A stretch of 63,727 nt of DNA, counting the filler, from Kipferlia bialata (lineage: Eukaryota): the NCBI GenBank assembly GCA_003568945.1. It is 7 parts of 5 records of this genome, joined end to end, with 100 filler letters (N's around TTAATTAATTAA, not from the genome) between each part and the next. Parts side by side here need not be neighbours in the genome. Positions count along the whole stretch, not along the records: positions 37,683 to 56,531 come from BDIP01000030.1; positions 56,632 to 59,531 come from BDIP01000050.1; positions 59,632 to 61,981 come from BDIP01000065.1; positions 62,082 to 63,727 come from BDIP01000093.1; 3 more parts are not named here. One strand, 5' to 3'. Below the pieces are notes generated by a model. The model did no database searches and had not been told where the DNA came from. It saw only the letters and a list, made by a program, of their open reading frames with translations. Every line of letters begins with the position of its first letter. Within the stretch, counting starts at the first letter, position 1. The translations under genes were made by a program, and so were the position numbers. This document shows positions 49,178 to 62,197 of this stretch, one piece after another.

Positions 49178-52100
49178 CTAGCTGCCTGCACTGTGGCTCT
49201 GATAGCTGTCAGCTCCTCGGCATGGGCCTCTGCAAACACATGTACAACGTCAGTCACTGGTGGTTGGAAATGGGTCATTTGAACATTGGTATACACATAT
49301 ACACATCCCGTACCTGACTCTGCCATCTGCTGGTGGTTCTCGGCCAGCAGGGTGATTGTCTCCTGGGCATCCTGGGGGTGAGGGGTGGTGTCTCCAGATT
49401 CATACACATATCTATCTGTTTATCTATCTAGTCACAATGACACACACTGCACACTCACCCTGAGTCCGTTGAGTGCCACGTCTGTCACAACTCTGATGGA
49501 CTCAGCATGGGTGTTCATCTCCTGGGGGGAGGGGGGGAGGGCTAGGGAAGAGTGTACAGGCAAGTATCCTCAGAGTGAATGACATATATACATATACATA
49601 CCTTCTCCATCAGGGCGTATGTGTCCTTGAGTGCCTGCTGCAGTCTCTCCACCTCGTCTGTCAGCAGTCTCTCCCTCACAGTGCCCTGGGGTCAGAGAGA
49701 GAGAGAGAGAGACAGAGAGAGATAGAGAGAGAGATTAATGACCCACCTCATCGGCACTGGCCTTGGAGGCACCTGCCAGGGCAGCACACCTGGGGTGAGG
49801 CAAAGGGTATGTATGAGGTATGTAACGTACCACGCATACAGATATCATCACCCACACTATGCACCATGTACATGCTACCCCCACCTGCTGTCTGCGTCTG
49901 ACTGCACTGCACTGGCAGCAGAGTGCACAGCACGGGACAGGTCACGCACAGCGGCAACGGCCTTGGCCTGGCTGGTCAGACACACAATACTGTATACATA
50001 TGACTATCATGTACTTCCCCACCTGCATCTGCATGGCTGTCTTGTTCTGCATGACCACAGACTCAGTGACACCGTTGATGGTGTCAATGGCCTTGGACGA
50101 CATGGACCGGTTGCGGCCTGGGGGTGAGGGGAAGGGGGACGTGGAGGGAGATTAGTGCATATGTACCATATACCCACCTGTTGCGAGGCCTATCTCCTGA
50201 GCCAGCTGGGTGGTGACATCACTCACAATGCCCGCATTGACACTATCGCGCTGACGGCCTGGGGGTCAGTGCATATACTGAGTGACAATTGTATAGATAC
50301 ACTGATCTGCTGAAGGGTGGTGTGTATAGATATAATATATACTATTACTATCTCTGGATACCCACCCTGCTGCAGCTTGGAGTACAGAGTGGCAGTGTGT
50401 GTCTCCTGGGTGTGTAGCTGGCTGCTGAGTCCAACGGCCTGACCCCTGGGGTGAGAGGGACCGATGACAGAGAGTGAGAGGAGATAGTGTCTATCAACTG
50501 ACCTGAGCCTTGCGTTAACAGCCCTGTCCTCTGCAATCACAAGCTGGTCAATGTCTGGGGGGTTAGAGAGGGTTGCGAGGTTGTAAAATGAACAGAGTCA
50601 ATAGGGGTAGACTGCCGCACCTCTCTCCTGCCTCTCTGAGGCCAGTTCGTCTGTGAGGGTGGCTGCCTTCTGCTGCACAGCTGTCAGCTGGGACTGGCTG
50701 GGGTAAAGAGGGGGGGGGGGAGTTACAGATAGTGGAATCACTGTGCCAACTGAGACACTGTAGACTCTGTATGGTAGACACCCACATACCGCATGTTGAG
50801 CAGCGTCTGTGTCTCGTTGAATGTCTTGGTCAGCACCTCCAGCTCAGCCACAATCTCAGCGATGCGGGTGTCCCTCTAGGGTGAGAGAGAGGGGGGGAGG
50901 AAGAGGGGAGAAGAGGAAGCAGACATATATAGTACATGGTGAGGGACTCATCTCAATGAGGGTATATACGGGACTCACAACAATACACCTTCAACGTCAC
51001 TCACAGTAAATACCACTGTAGACCCAAATACTACTACACCACTCATATGCACTAGACCCCACCTCCTCTGCTGTTGTCTGCATCTCCTCATACTCTCCTG
51101 GGGCCAGGTATGTGCCGTTCTTCTCCCGCTGGGCACGGAGGTCCTTCCTGTGGTGTTAGGTATAAATACATACAGAGAGAGAGAGGTAGGGAGAAACGTG
51201 CCTGAGCCTCTCGAGCTGGAGCTCGTATGACTTGACGACTGTCCTGGACGACACCCTCTGGTTGACCTCGGGCTTGTTCTTGATGGACTTGGCACTGGGG
51301 TCAGAAACATACGTTACATATGACATGGTATATGATGCAGACAGAGATAACACATACTACAAACAGGTGTCAGTGTCATTGTATAGATGGGTATCGATTT
51401 GGACTGGGGTCAGGATGGACACAGAGATATACGCTAGAGGTATACACATACTACACACCTGTTCATGTAGTTGAGTGTGTTCATGGTCTCCTCCACACTG
51501 GACAGACAGGGAGACACGGTGGCAACAATGGTGGTCTGGGGGGTGAGTATATGGGGGATGATGGTGGGGGTGGGAGGAGGGGGGGGGGGGATAGATTCAG
51601 CACTCTGTAAGAAAAGCACGCCCACCTTTGTGCGTCCTCCCAGAGACTCCTGAAGGAGCCTGGTGAGCTTGGACTCACTGAGGGGTTAGACACACACAGA
51701 TACAAACAGATAGAGTATGTGAGAGAGACACCCTCGTACCGGTATGGGATGTGGACCCTTCTCTGCACCAGGGCTGTGATGACTCTGCCCAGTGTCAGCA
51801 GGGACTGGTTGATCTTGCCGGCCTCGGCTGCACGGCCCTTGACGGCACCGGACCTGGGGGGTGAGGGAAGGTATAGATACGCAGAGAAATAAATAGATCA
51901 CCTGTTGATAACATTCCATATATCCACAATGATAAGTATCCCCCACCTGTCAATGTTCTCTGAGCCAGCCAGATCGACTAGGTTGAGCTTGCCTGTCTTG
52001 ATGACGTCGTTGCCATCAATGTCAGTCTCCTGGGGGGTGAGGGGGAGTGTAAGGGGAATGGATAGGAAGGAATTGTCTGAAAGAATTACACAATCATTAT

Positions 52101-53384
52101 GACCGTCTATACCACAACCAGCTGTACCTTGACCATGGTTGTGATTGTGAAGATGCAGTGGCTTCTGGAGGAGTTGGTGTTCATGAGAGTGGAGGCTGGG
52201 GGTGAGAGATATGGATATGTAGAGACACCAATATGAAGGGACATATATATACACTCCCTCAGTACCTGTTGTCCTGTGGGCACTGCTCTTCTGCAGCAGA
52301 GACAGCACGTCATCACTGCACATCACAGGCACCTCCTGGGGGGTCAGACATATATATCTACGCGACACAGACAGTCACATCAATAGGCACCCATTGCATA
52401 TATATACACACCTGGAGGTTGTGTACTGTGATCTGCTTTCCCTTGTTGTACTTGTCCTCAAAGATGCGGAGGGGGAGGTCGGTGCCAGGCTCGGCAAGGA
52501 GATCGTGGAGGTCCTCATTGTAGACCTGGGGTTGGTAAGGTAAGGAGAGAGGGACTATTTCGATACACATTGATAGAGAGGATGGAGAGCCACACTAATA
52601 CACACTCCACCCACCTCGAGATGGGACACCTTCATCGTGTAGTCACACCCACTGTTCTCAAGGACATCAAAGATCTCCATGACAGCCCTGGGGGTGGGAT
52701 CACTGGTAGATGCAGCATATATCATAGAGAGGGGGGGTAGGGAAGAGAACAGAAAATATGGTATAACATACACACACATTGACACACCTTGGGATGACTC
52801 CGCTGGTCTCTGGCAGGGGTGACCCTGGGACGACGGAGGATAGAGAGCCTGGGGGCCCCTCCATGGTGAAGGTCTTGCCTGGGGTAAGTGGAAGAAGGGG
52901 TGAATAGTGAAGACAGAGAGATAATGAAAAGGTGAGTGCAGCAGAAGCGTACCTGTTCCTGTCTGACCGTATGCAAACACAGTGCAGTTGAACCCCTTGA
53001 GGAACTCCTGAACAGTGCTGGAGAGGACGTGCTTATAGAAGTGGGCCTGGTCTGGGGGTAAGGGGAATCCATGTATGTAGAATAATAATATACAGAAGAA
53101 CTACTTTACATGTATTCATGTTATGATAGAATATATGGGTCTAGTATCATATGTCAAGTGAGAGGGGGGGGGGGGTACGAGTGATGAGTAGGAATGAGAG
53201 GTACTGCAATAGGAACTGAAGTGTATAGACTAGGAAAGTATTGCACACCTCTTTGGCTGTGACACAATCATCACATCGTACAATACATACACTACACTAC
53301 ATGTGTAAACTCCTGTATCATATCTACCCACCTGTGGCAGGACCGAACACCTGGTCGAAGCTGAACTTACGGGTGCTGCCATCA
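49178..53384 (-). CDS. KIF11: Kinesin-5 (BimC/Eg5) motor and stalk, multi-exon, 3' truncated
   Basis: '[10 protein letters not shown]', '[22 protein letters not shown]', '[12 protein letters not shown]', '[12 protein letters not shown]', '[21 protein letters not shown]', '[20 protein letters not shown]', '[22 protein letters not shown]'. The kinesin-5 neck '[12 protein letters not shown]' and 'REKNGTY' are present. Confidence 0.93.
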
Positions 53385-53475
53385 CTGGGGGGTGAGAGGG
53401 GGAGGGAGGGGGGGGGGGGGGGGGGGGGATGGTATGTAGAGAGAGAGAGACAGGGATACATATATTAAGCCGCAC

Positions 53476-56469
53476 CTCTTCTCCTTCTCCTTCTCCTGTG
53501 TCAGCCTCTGCACCTGCTGGGACAGAGAGGCAGCACGAGCCGTGGCAGCATCACACCTGGGGTCAGAGGGGGATATACTGTATGTATATATATATGTATA
53601 TATATGCATGTGACACACCTCTGCTGCAGCAGGGCGTGCTCCTTGGCCTTGGAGGTGGCCTCTCTCTCTGCCACACGCACGGCATCGCGCAGGGTCTTCT
53701 TCTCAGCCTGGGGTGGGTCGGGGTACACCACATATAGTATATATAGCAGTGGGTAGTGCTGTACCTCAGCAGCAGCGAGGAGTCTCTTTGCCTCGTCCTG
53801 TGTGTCCTGGGCCTTGGCTGCCTTCTCGACCTGCCTCTGGGCCTTCTCCATCTGTCTCTTCAGGGCCTGGACCTGGGGGTTATGTAACATAAGAGAGAGA
53901 GAGAGAGGGTGTGTGTGTGTGTAAAAGAGCAGTGTATATACCGCACCTCCTTCCTGGCCTCACTGGCAGCTGCGGCATTGTCAGCTGAGGCAGTCTCCAG
54001 GGACTTGATCTGGGGGGTCAGAAACAAATACATACACACACAATAGCATAGAGGTGTATGTATGCCCCACCTTGCGTGTGGCTGCGGCCAGCTTCATCTG
54101 TGACTGTGTGTACGTAGCTGTGGCCTTCTTGACCTTGGCCTCCAGCTGCGAGGACTGGGGGTAAGGCGTTGAATGGGAACGTTTCACGCAAAGAGTGAAT
54201 GATCAGAGTATGCATATAGGGAGTCTCTCTAGCTCTACACATCCTCCCCACCTGCCTCTCTGCCTCCTGGGCCTTGTCCCTCAGCTCAGACAGGTGCAGG
54301 CGGGTGTCGTCGCCCTGGGGGTGAGAGGGAGATATAAGAGGGTGATTGATACAATACAGTATACCCACCTGCAGCTGCAGCTCCTCTGCCCTCTGTCTCT
54401 GGAGGTCAGCAGCCTTCTTGGCCTTCTCCAGGGCCATCTCGAGGTCCTGGGGTGAGAGGGAGGGGGTATGCTAATGACCATAGACCCTGAAGCCACTCCC
54501 TATATACATTTGTATACATAACATCTGTACCTGCACCCTAGCTGCGTCTGCCGCTATGCCGCCACTCCCGATCAGGGCCTCGTCTCTGACCTGCCTGGCA
54601 GCATCAAGCTCTCCCTGGGGGGTGAGGGGGAGGTATACTAACACAGAGAGAATGAAGGTGACAGTATGTATACTCATATATATATATATACCTGTGTCTG
54701 CTCGAGCTGTGACTCCAGCTCCATGATGGTCTGCTCCACCTCTGCAAAGGTGTGCTGCATCTCCTCAGCCTCAGTCTCCTGGGGGGGTCAGAGAGAGAGA
54801 GTATCCCATATATATATATGTGTGTCAGAGTGTGTAATAATCATACCTTGCCCTGGCACTCGTCCTGCAACTGGCACAGCTCTGCCCTGACCGTATCCAT
54901 CTCCTCACTCTGCTGCGCAATGTACGCCTGGAGCTCGGCATTCTCAGACCCAATCTCCTCAACCTGGGTCAGAAGAGTAAAGTATAACTACACATGCACC
55001 ATATATAGAGACTGTTAGTGTTGCTACCCACCTGGTCCTTGAGTGGCTGTAGCTCTGTCTGGAGTGCCTCCTCCAGCTGCTGCATGGTCTGCTCTGTCTC
55101 GGCCCTCTCCTCCATCACAGTCTCAAGCTCAGTCTCCAGCTCGGCTATCGTGGCCCTGTGGGTGAGGGGAAGGGGGGGGGGGAGGTTACAGATGGAGAGT
55201 GAAAAGAGTAATACTATATACATTTACAACACTCACTTAGCCTCCTCCATGGCCTCCGAGTCAAACCCGGCCTCGCCAGACTCAACAACAGCCTCTGGGG
55301 GTGAGAGGATGTCGATAGAGAGACAACTACAATGACACACAGCTACGTACCGAGCTCTGTGAGCTGTTGCCGTGTGCTCTCGAGCTCCTCGCACATGGAG
55401 GTGATCTCCATCTCAAGCTGCTCCCTCTCAAACACCATCTGGGGTGGGACAGGTCTCTCTCAGACTAGACAGAAACAGTGGAGATGTGACATTGAAGTTG
55501 GAATCTTCTGTATACGGCACTGTGCACGTGTGTGTGTACGAATACATACCTGTGCCCTCTCCTCCTCAAAGGCAGCCTTCTCAGCGGCATTGTCAACCTC
55601 CTCAAGCTCTGAATGTCAGAGGCAGAACTTAGAAGAACGTGAACAAATTTACATATGGGTGTGTATGTATACAACAGAGATATCCAGTATAGTAGAGCTG
55701 CCCCACCGAGGATGTGTGTCTCCAGCTCCCCGACTGTGGCACTCTGCTCCTCCACAGTCTCCTGCAGCTGGGCAATCTCCTCCTTCAGATCCTAGAGGGT
55801 GAGGGAGGTACACAATGTGACATACATACACATATATAGATATATACATATATCCACCCCTACCTTCTCCATCATTGTCCTCTCCTCCTTCATCCTCTCC
55901 ACCTGGCTGACCAGGGCGGCCAGCTCCACATCGGGTGCCTCCATCGTGTCGTCATAGGTCACAAGGCGGCCCTGGGGGTGAGGATACATGGCACATATAC
56001 ACATAAATGTATATGTATGAGACACACACGTACATCTGCCCCCAGGTACTCCTCGTCTGGTGTCTGTCCCGAGCGTGGTGTGCCACTGCCACTAGGCATA
56101 GAGGCCATGGAGCCAGAGGGGGACCTGGGGTTAGGGGGAGACCAATGCACAGGGGGTATATACAGGACACATTATTGTACATATGTACCTTGGGTTGATG
56201 GGCACCCCGGGCAGGTCTCCGTCCTCGTTGTCGCTGTCGGCTCCTCCCTCACCCACCTCACCTCCATCGGCTGGGGCAGCGTCCTTGTCCCCACCGGGGG
56301 CGGCACCTGGGGTGAGTGGATGTGCTACCCATATGAGAGCAACACCTACATAATACATATATTAACAGACATGCATACCTCCCTCCTCAGCAGCAGGCTT
56401 CTTCTTCTTCTTGCCCTTCTTGATGACGTCGGCTGGCTTCTCGGGGATGGCCACAGGGCAGATGGCATC
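53476..56469 (-). CDS. Long acidic coiled-coil protein region (~19 exons), in phase with the downstream kinesin-5 exons
   Basis: Heptad-rich exons ('ATIAELETELETVMEERAETEQTMQQLEEALQ', 'VQALKRQMEKAQRQVEKAAKAQ') with ~60-90 bp canonical introns. Confidence 0.8.
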
Positions 56470-56956
56470 CTAGGGTGAGAGGAGAGGCGGGGGGGGGGGG
56501 GGGGGGGGGGGGCAAGGGACCCACCCCGGGGNNNNNNNNNNNNNNNNNNNNNNNNNNNNNNNNNNNNNNNNNNNNTTAATTAATTAANNNNNNNNNNNNN
56601 NNNNNNNNNNNNNNNNNNNNNNNNNNNNNNNTGAAGAAAAGAAAATGGTGGGGTGTGGGGGGGGGGGGGGGGAGGGTGAAGTAACTCTTCTGAACTGGAG
56701 AGTCAGAACATACAAAGATTCTGCGCACAGTCAACACATGACATGAGTTACATCATGTATCTTACATGTATATCGATGTCATACAATCTACAATATGTAT
56801 TATATATGACCCACATATACATACTACGTATACCAAATGTATTCGGTTACACTATATGGGTGACAGGTAGCATCAAGGCTTGAGAAGTGTCAATGAGGGA
56901 GAATGGGTATTGAATCAAGAGAGAAGGAGAGAGGAAGGGGGGGGGGAGAGTGTTAC

Positions 56957-57756
56957 CTCATCATAGGCTTCACTCTCATAGTGCACAGGAGTCATGAAGG
57001 GAACAGTATACCCCACATTGAGCTCAATAGTCCCCGTGGCCTCTTCTGGACACATCCCTTTCTCCCCTAGTACCTTGAGGTACTTGGTCGCCACTTTACG
57101 CTCACCCAGTCTCTCTCTGTCAGCACTGTCAACAAAGATAGACCACCGACTGTTAGAGAGCAGCTTTAACACCGCCTCTCTAAGTCCTGGTATTCTCCCC
57201 AGGGCCTTGGAATACCTAACAGTATATCCTAACCGAAGAGGCTGTAACTCAAGCCACCCTCCCATTGCAACGTCAAGCCTAAGAAGACAAGGAAGAGCCC
57301 ATTCGAAAGGCAGGAGTAGAATCGGAGGAGAAATCACTACACCCTTTCTGACCGTCTAGACGTCGTCTCAGCTTGACGATACTGGTTGAGAACACTCTGG
57401 CCCAGGCCTAGAGTCTCTTGCAGACCCTGCAATGCGGACAGTCTCTTGCAGAATTCCAGACAACAGAGACAGGCCCTGTCGCAGGACGCCCAAGACAGGG
57501 GTGATAGTGTCACCTTGATACCCTCACCGTGAGGGAAGAGAGCGCTGTTATCATACCTCACTTGAAAGATACCTATAGGAAGAGAGATATACTATTCGAT
57601 GACTAATGTTATGTGAATTGCACTCTCATACCTTAAAGTGATTGTCCTGCAATGCAGGACTCCTCCATGGCGTACGAAATATGGCCGGAACTGAGATCAA
57701 GTCAGCTGATTGTTGTAACCTCAATTTGAGGCTCAAATGGGCTAAGATGTTGGCAA
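56957..57756 (-). CDS. Small hypothetical gene or pseudogene fragment
   Basis: Two abutting ORFs in different frames (57561-57337 and 57337-56915) with coding-like composition. An intron is likely at ~57574-57631. The frame change at ~57337 is unexplained. Confidence 0.3.
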
Positions 57757-57954
57757 TGCATCCGAATATCGGATACTGTATTGTTATGATTATCGTGAAC
57801 TTCCAGACCCTGGTTGGCTCTTAGAGTCTGGACTCCAGAGGACTATATATGCTATTGAAGTATATACATTATAGTCATAATGAATAGATACCTCATTCCT
57901 CATATTCTATTGTCACAGTTATATACTATAATATTATGACCAATATACTATTAG

Positions 57955-59453
57955 TTATATCCACACTCCAGCATTCAACCCCTTGTCTGGCTGCGAGCAT
58001 GGAATTACTAGGTCAGGATCGAATCTTAGCACACTTAGAGACAGAGTCCAACCAAAACCTCTGGTAGTTTCCATCAGCAGTTGCGATCCATGTCCCAGCT
58101 CCGCCTGAGCCAGTGCACGTAGAGGCCCTGAAGGGGCGCATCCACACACCTCCCACTCACCACTCACCGTGTCGAAGGTAGTCCACCTCTTAATCCCTCC
58201 CACACGCTGTGGCATTACCACTCTTTGATCAAGCACAGTTACCCTTCTGTATGTATCCATGCCGCAATCCCATATACCAGTACTGAAGCGCTCCAGTACC
58301 CCCGTCTCGTCACACGTGTACACACCCTCCAGACAGAAGAGATATGCTACATCTCTCACCACACGCACCACCTGTATCGTCAATAGGATTCCCTGGTTCG
58401 CTGATAGCGTGACCCACCCTTCCTCCTCCCTATCGGGGTCATATGTATACACATGAGTGCTCTCACTGCCGTACCGATTGACTGACCTGCACCCTAGCAG
58501 TCTACCACCTATAACAAAGGTATGCTTCAACCATGGGTGATTGGCCTTGGGGGAAGGGTAGCCAGGGGCGACGGGTGGAGCTGGAGGAGGCTTGACGCTT
58601 CTGACCTTCATGGTATCCAGGGACAGCTCAACGAGATTAGGCGCTGCCACATAAAACAGTCTGGTACCAATAGCATGCAATCCCTCCGGCATCGATGGGA
58701 CACAGAGCGAGAACCTTGACGCTATACCTTCCACAACACAGGTAGACCCTTCGCTACTAATGCGAAGAATAGCAGAGACACTGGGGCAATCAGGGTACAG
58801 ATCATATGATGACAAGAGCGCATGTTTAGCCTCTAGGTTGTTTGCAAAGACTAGACCGTGTCCTAAGGCCACTAGCCGTGTCGTTTGTCGAAGGCAGAGG
58901 CCAGCGGGTAGGGTGCACCTAAAGGTAAGAACAAGCAGAGGAAACAAACGTGGAAACTAGTATATATATTGCATATGTTATATATATCCTGTATAATGTG
59001 TTATCAGCACCTATTGTTGAGGGGGTGAGGTACAAATATCCAAAGAGGAAGAGTGGGTGGTCTGGCCAGTAATACTGAGGCCAGCGGGTAAGATAGAGAG
59101 ACAGAGAGAGAGAGAGAGAGAGAGGATAATACTGAGGCCACCGGGTAAGGAGCGCATTATAGTACACAGCATGGTGTCAGGTACACAGTATGGATGCAAG
59201 TATACTATCCATATACTAATGACAGCGGGGGGGGGGGAGGAAGCATCCTGAGGCATACACCATATCGGGTTATGTGGAGAGAACCGCCAAGGAGAAATGT
59301 ATGTAAATATGTAAATATGTAAATATTGATAATGATACCAGACTAGTAGTATGGGGAATTCGTAGGGGTGATATATCACACAGGGGACGCATAGTATATG
59401 GGTGCTTACCTTGTGATGTGGATATCTGAATCTGTCTGGCACACATCCATGTC
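57955..59453 (-). CDS. Kelch-like beta-propeller protein (5' truncated)
   Basis: Long terminal exon (from ~58918) with 'FVIGGRLL', 'YTYDPDREEEGWV' and 'TFDTVSGEW'. An upstream exon lies at ~59410-59453. Confidence 0.6.
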
Positions 59454-59466
59454 CTGGTGGTAGGGA

Positions 59467-59509
<43 letters not shown>

Positions 59510-60113
59510 GGGGGGGAGGGGGAACGGGGAANNNNNNNNNNNNNNNNNNNNNNNNNNNNNNNNNNNNNNNNNNNNTTAATTAATTAANNNNNNNNNNNNN
59601 NNNNNNNNNNNNNNNNNNNNNNNNNNNNNNNCCCCCCCCCCCCCCCCCCCCCCTCCCTCTCCCCCCCCCCCCCCCCCTTCTCTCTTTCTGTGCTAGACTC
59701 TCTCTCTATATGTCGACTGTGAGTGGGAGAGAGCCTGGTACTCCCCCCTCCCACCTTTCTCTCTTCCGTCTCTATGTCTGTATGCTGACTAGGCCTACTG
59801 TCTCTGTCTATCTCCCCTTCTCTTCTTCTCTTCACCTCTATGCTCTTCTTTACACATCTCTCTCTCTCCCCATACTAATATGTGTGTGTATATACACGTA
59901 TGTATTGCTGCTGATCCTTCCGTGTACTTGTCCCAGTAACTGGGCTGTTCTGTGCGTATATTGTGTTCTCTCGTCTCATATATGGATAGTGAATATAGTG
60001 TATATACACGCCTTAGTTTCTCTATCTAACCATAGGTCAAAGGACCTGGGACGTGCATTACCATTATCTGTCTCTCTCTCCATCCCTCTGTCTCTCTCTC
60101 TATCTAACCATAG

Positions 60114-60512
60114 GTCCAAGGACCTGGGTGAGAAGAGGAAGGGAGGGGCAGCACAGAGGACAGGTATGGATACATATATGTATATATATGTATTAATATA
60201 TACTATATACTACATAGTGTATGTGTGTATGAGCGGAAGGGAGGGGCAGCACAGAGGACAGGTATATATACTAATATAGTGTATATTCTGTACTGCTATT
60301 GTTCATTTATGGTTCACATATGTGTACGTTATAAGTGATATAATATAAAGAGGAAGGGAGGGGCTGCACAGAGAACAGGTATGGATACTATGTAATATAA
60401 TATAGTGTATGTATACTCTATATGGTATACATGTGTGTGTATGGGGGGGAAGGGAAGGGCAGCACAGATAACAGGTTCTTATACTATGTAGTGTAATCGG
60501 ACTCTATGGTGA

Positions 60513-60553
<41 letters not shown>

Positions 60554-61117
60554 TGGAGGGAGGGGCAGCACAGAGAACAGGTATACAATATGTACTATCT
60601 AGTGAAATATTTGTACATGTTGTGGTATAGTAGTGGCTGATTCATGTGTGTGGATACTGACTGTGTTTGTCTGATAGTCTCTCTCTCTCTCCCTCTACAC
60701 CCTTATTCCCAGTGAGTGGTGCTGAGCAGGCCAAGACCACCAAGTCATACAGCTGCAGGATATGCGGCAGGTCTCTGCCTGGGAAGGCCAGGTACTATAC
60801 ACTCTACTCTATATATATGCCCGACGATTCTAAGTACTGTACCATCCGAGGTGTATGGACATATAGTATAGTATAGTATGTATATAATATGTATATATGG
60901 GATATTATAGTGTATGACTGAGGGATACTAATCCTGATGCAGAATATGCGGCAGGTCTCTGCCTGGGAAGGCCAGGTACTAGAGATACTCTATATACTCT
61001 ACATTTACATACTACTCTATATGTATATGAGTATAGCTGCAGGATATGCGGCAGGTCTCTGCCTGGGAAGGCTAGGTACTACAGGAACTCTACCCTATAT
61101 ATATGTATATATGAATT

Positions 61118-61166
<49 letters not shown>

Positions 61167-61523
61167 TCTATATATATACTCTGTGTATATGCCTGGCAAG
61201 GCTAGGTACCCTACCATCCGTATTGTATCTGTATGGACAAATATAGTATATATTCTATAGTTGCAGTATATGCGGCAGGTCTCTGCCTGGCAAGGCTAGG
61301 TATATATTTTATATATATTATGTGGGATGGGATGGGATATTAAGTATTGTATAATGCATTCCATGTGCCTACAGTGGTACTCTTCCCTCTCTCTCTCTCT
61401 CTCTCTCCCTCTACACCCCTTAATACCAGGTACTGTCAGCAGTGTGCCTACAGTGGGGGCGTGTGTAACATGTGTGGTAGGGCCATCAGTGGAGATGCCA
61501 TGAAGCTGAGGAGGAATAGATAG
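60114..61523 (+). CDS. CRIPT: CRIPT (cysteine-rich PDZ-binding protein); exons 60114-60163, 60713-60791, 61430-61523; 5' exon not identified
   Basis: The spliced product 'SKDLGEKRKGGAAQRT/VSGAEQAKTTKSYSCRICGRSLPGKA/RYCQQCAYSGGVCNMCGRAI..*' matches the CRIPT CxxC..YCQxCAYxxGxCxMCG pattern. Confidence 0.88.
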
Positions 61524-61943
61524 ATGAAGTAATTGTTCTTTAGAAAAGTCTCCTACTCTGACGAAAGGGTGTGGTCCAGTAGATCTAGGATAGAATCAAA
61601 AATTCTCGGTGTCAGTTGGGTTGAGTGCTTCTCTTTACAGTTGGAGGACGATAGATGGCCTCAGCTGTGTGGTCAGTACAAACCCGTGCATGTCTATATG
61701 CTACGAACCCTTGGGAGCTTATCGGCCATCACTCCGGGTGGTGACCTCACAGCACTGCCTCTCCAACAGCCTAGAGGGACCCCATAGGTAGGGTAGGGGG
61801 TGTATAGGGGATAGATACATGTATAGACAGGGTATAGTGTGTTGGAGGACTGAGGGTGACTGACATAGGTAGTATCCGGTCTGTGTATGGGGAGGTGTCA
61901 CTTAGCGACGGACTTTACGATATCATGATAGTATATGCCTATC

Positions 61944-61978
<35 letters not shown>

Positions 61979-62081
61979 CCCNNNNNNNNNNNNNNNNNNN
62001 NNNNNNNNNNNNNNNNNNNNNNNNNTTAATTAATTAANNNNNNNNNNNNNNNNNNNNNNNNNNNNNNNNNNNNNNNNNNNN

Positions 62082-62131
<50 letters not shown>

Positions 62132-62197
62132 AGAGACATACTAGGCCTAGTGGTTGGGTGTAATAACAGCTTGTTGAAAGAACACCAACCCCTATAC

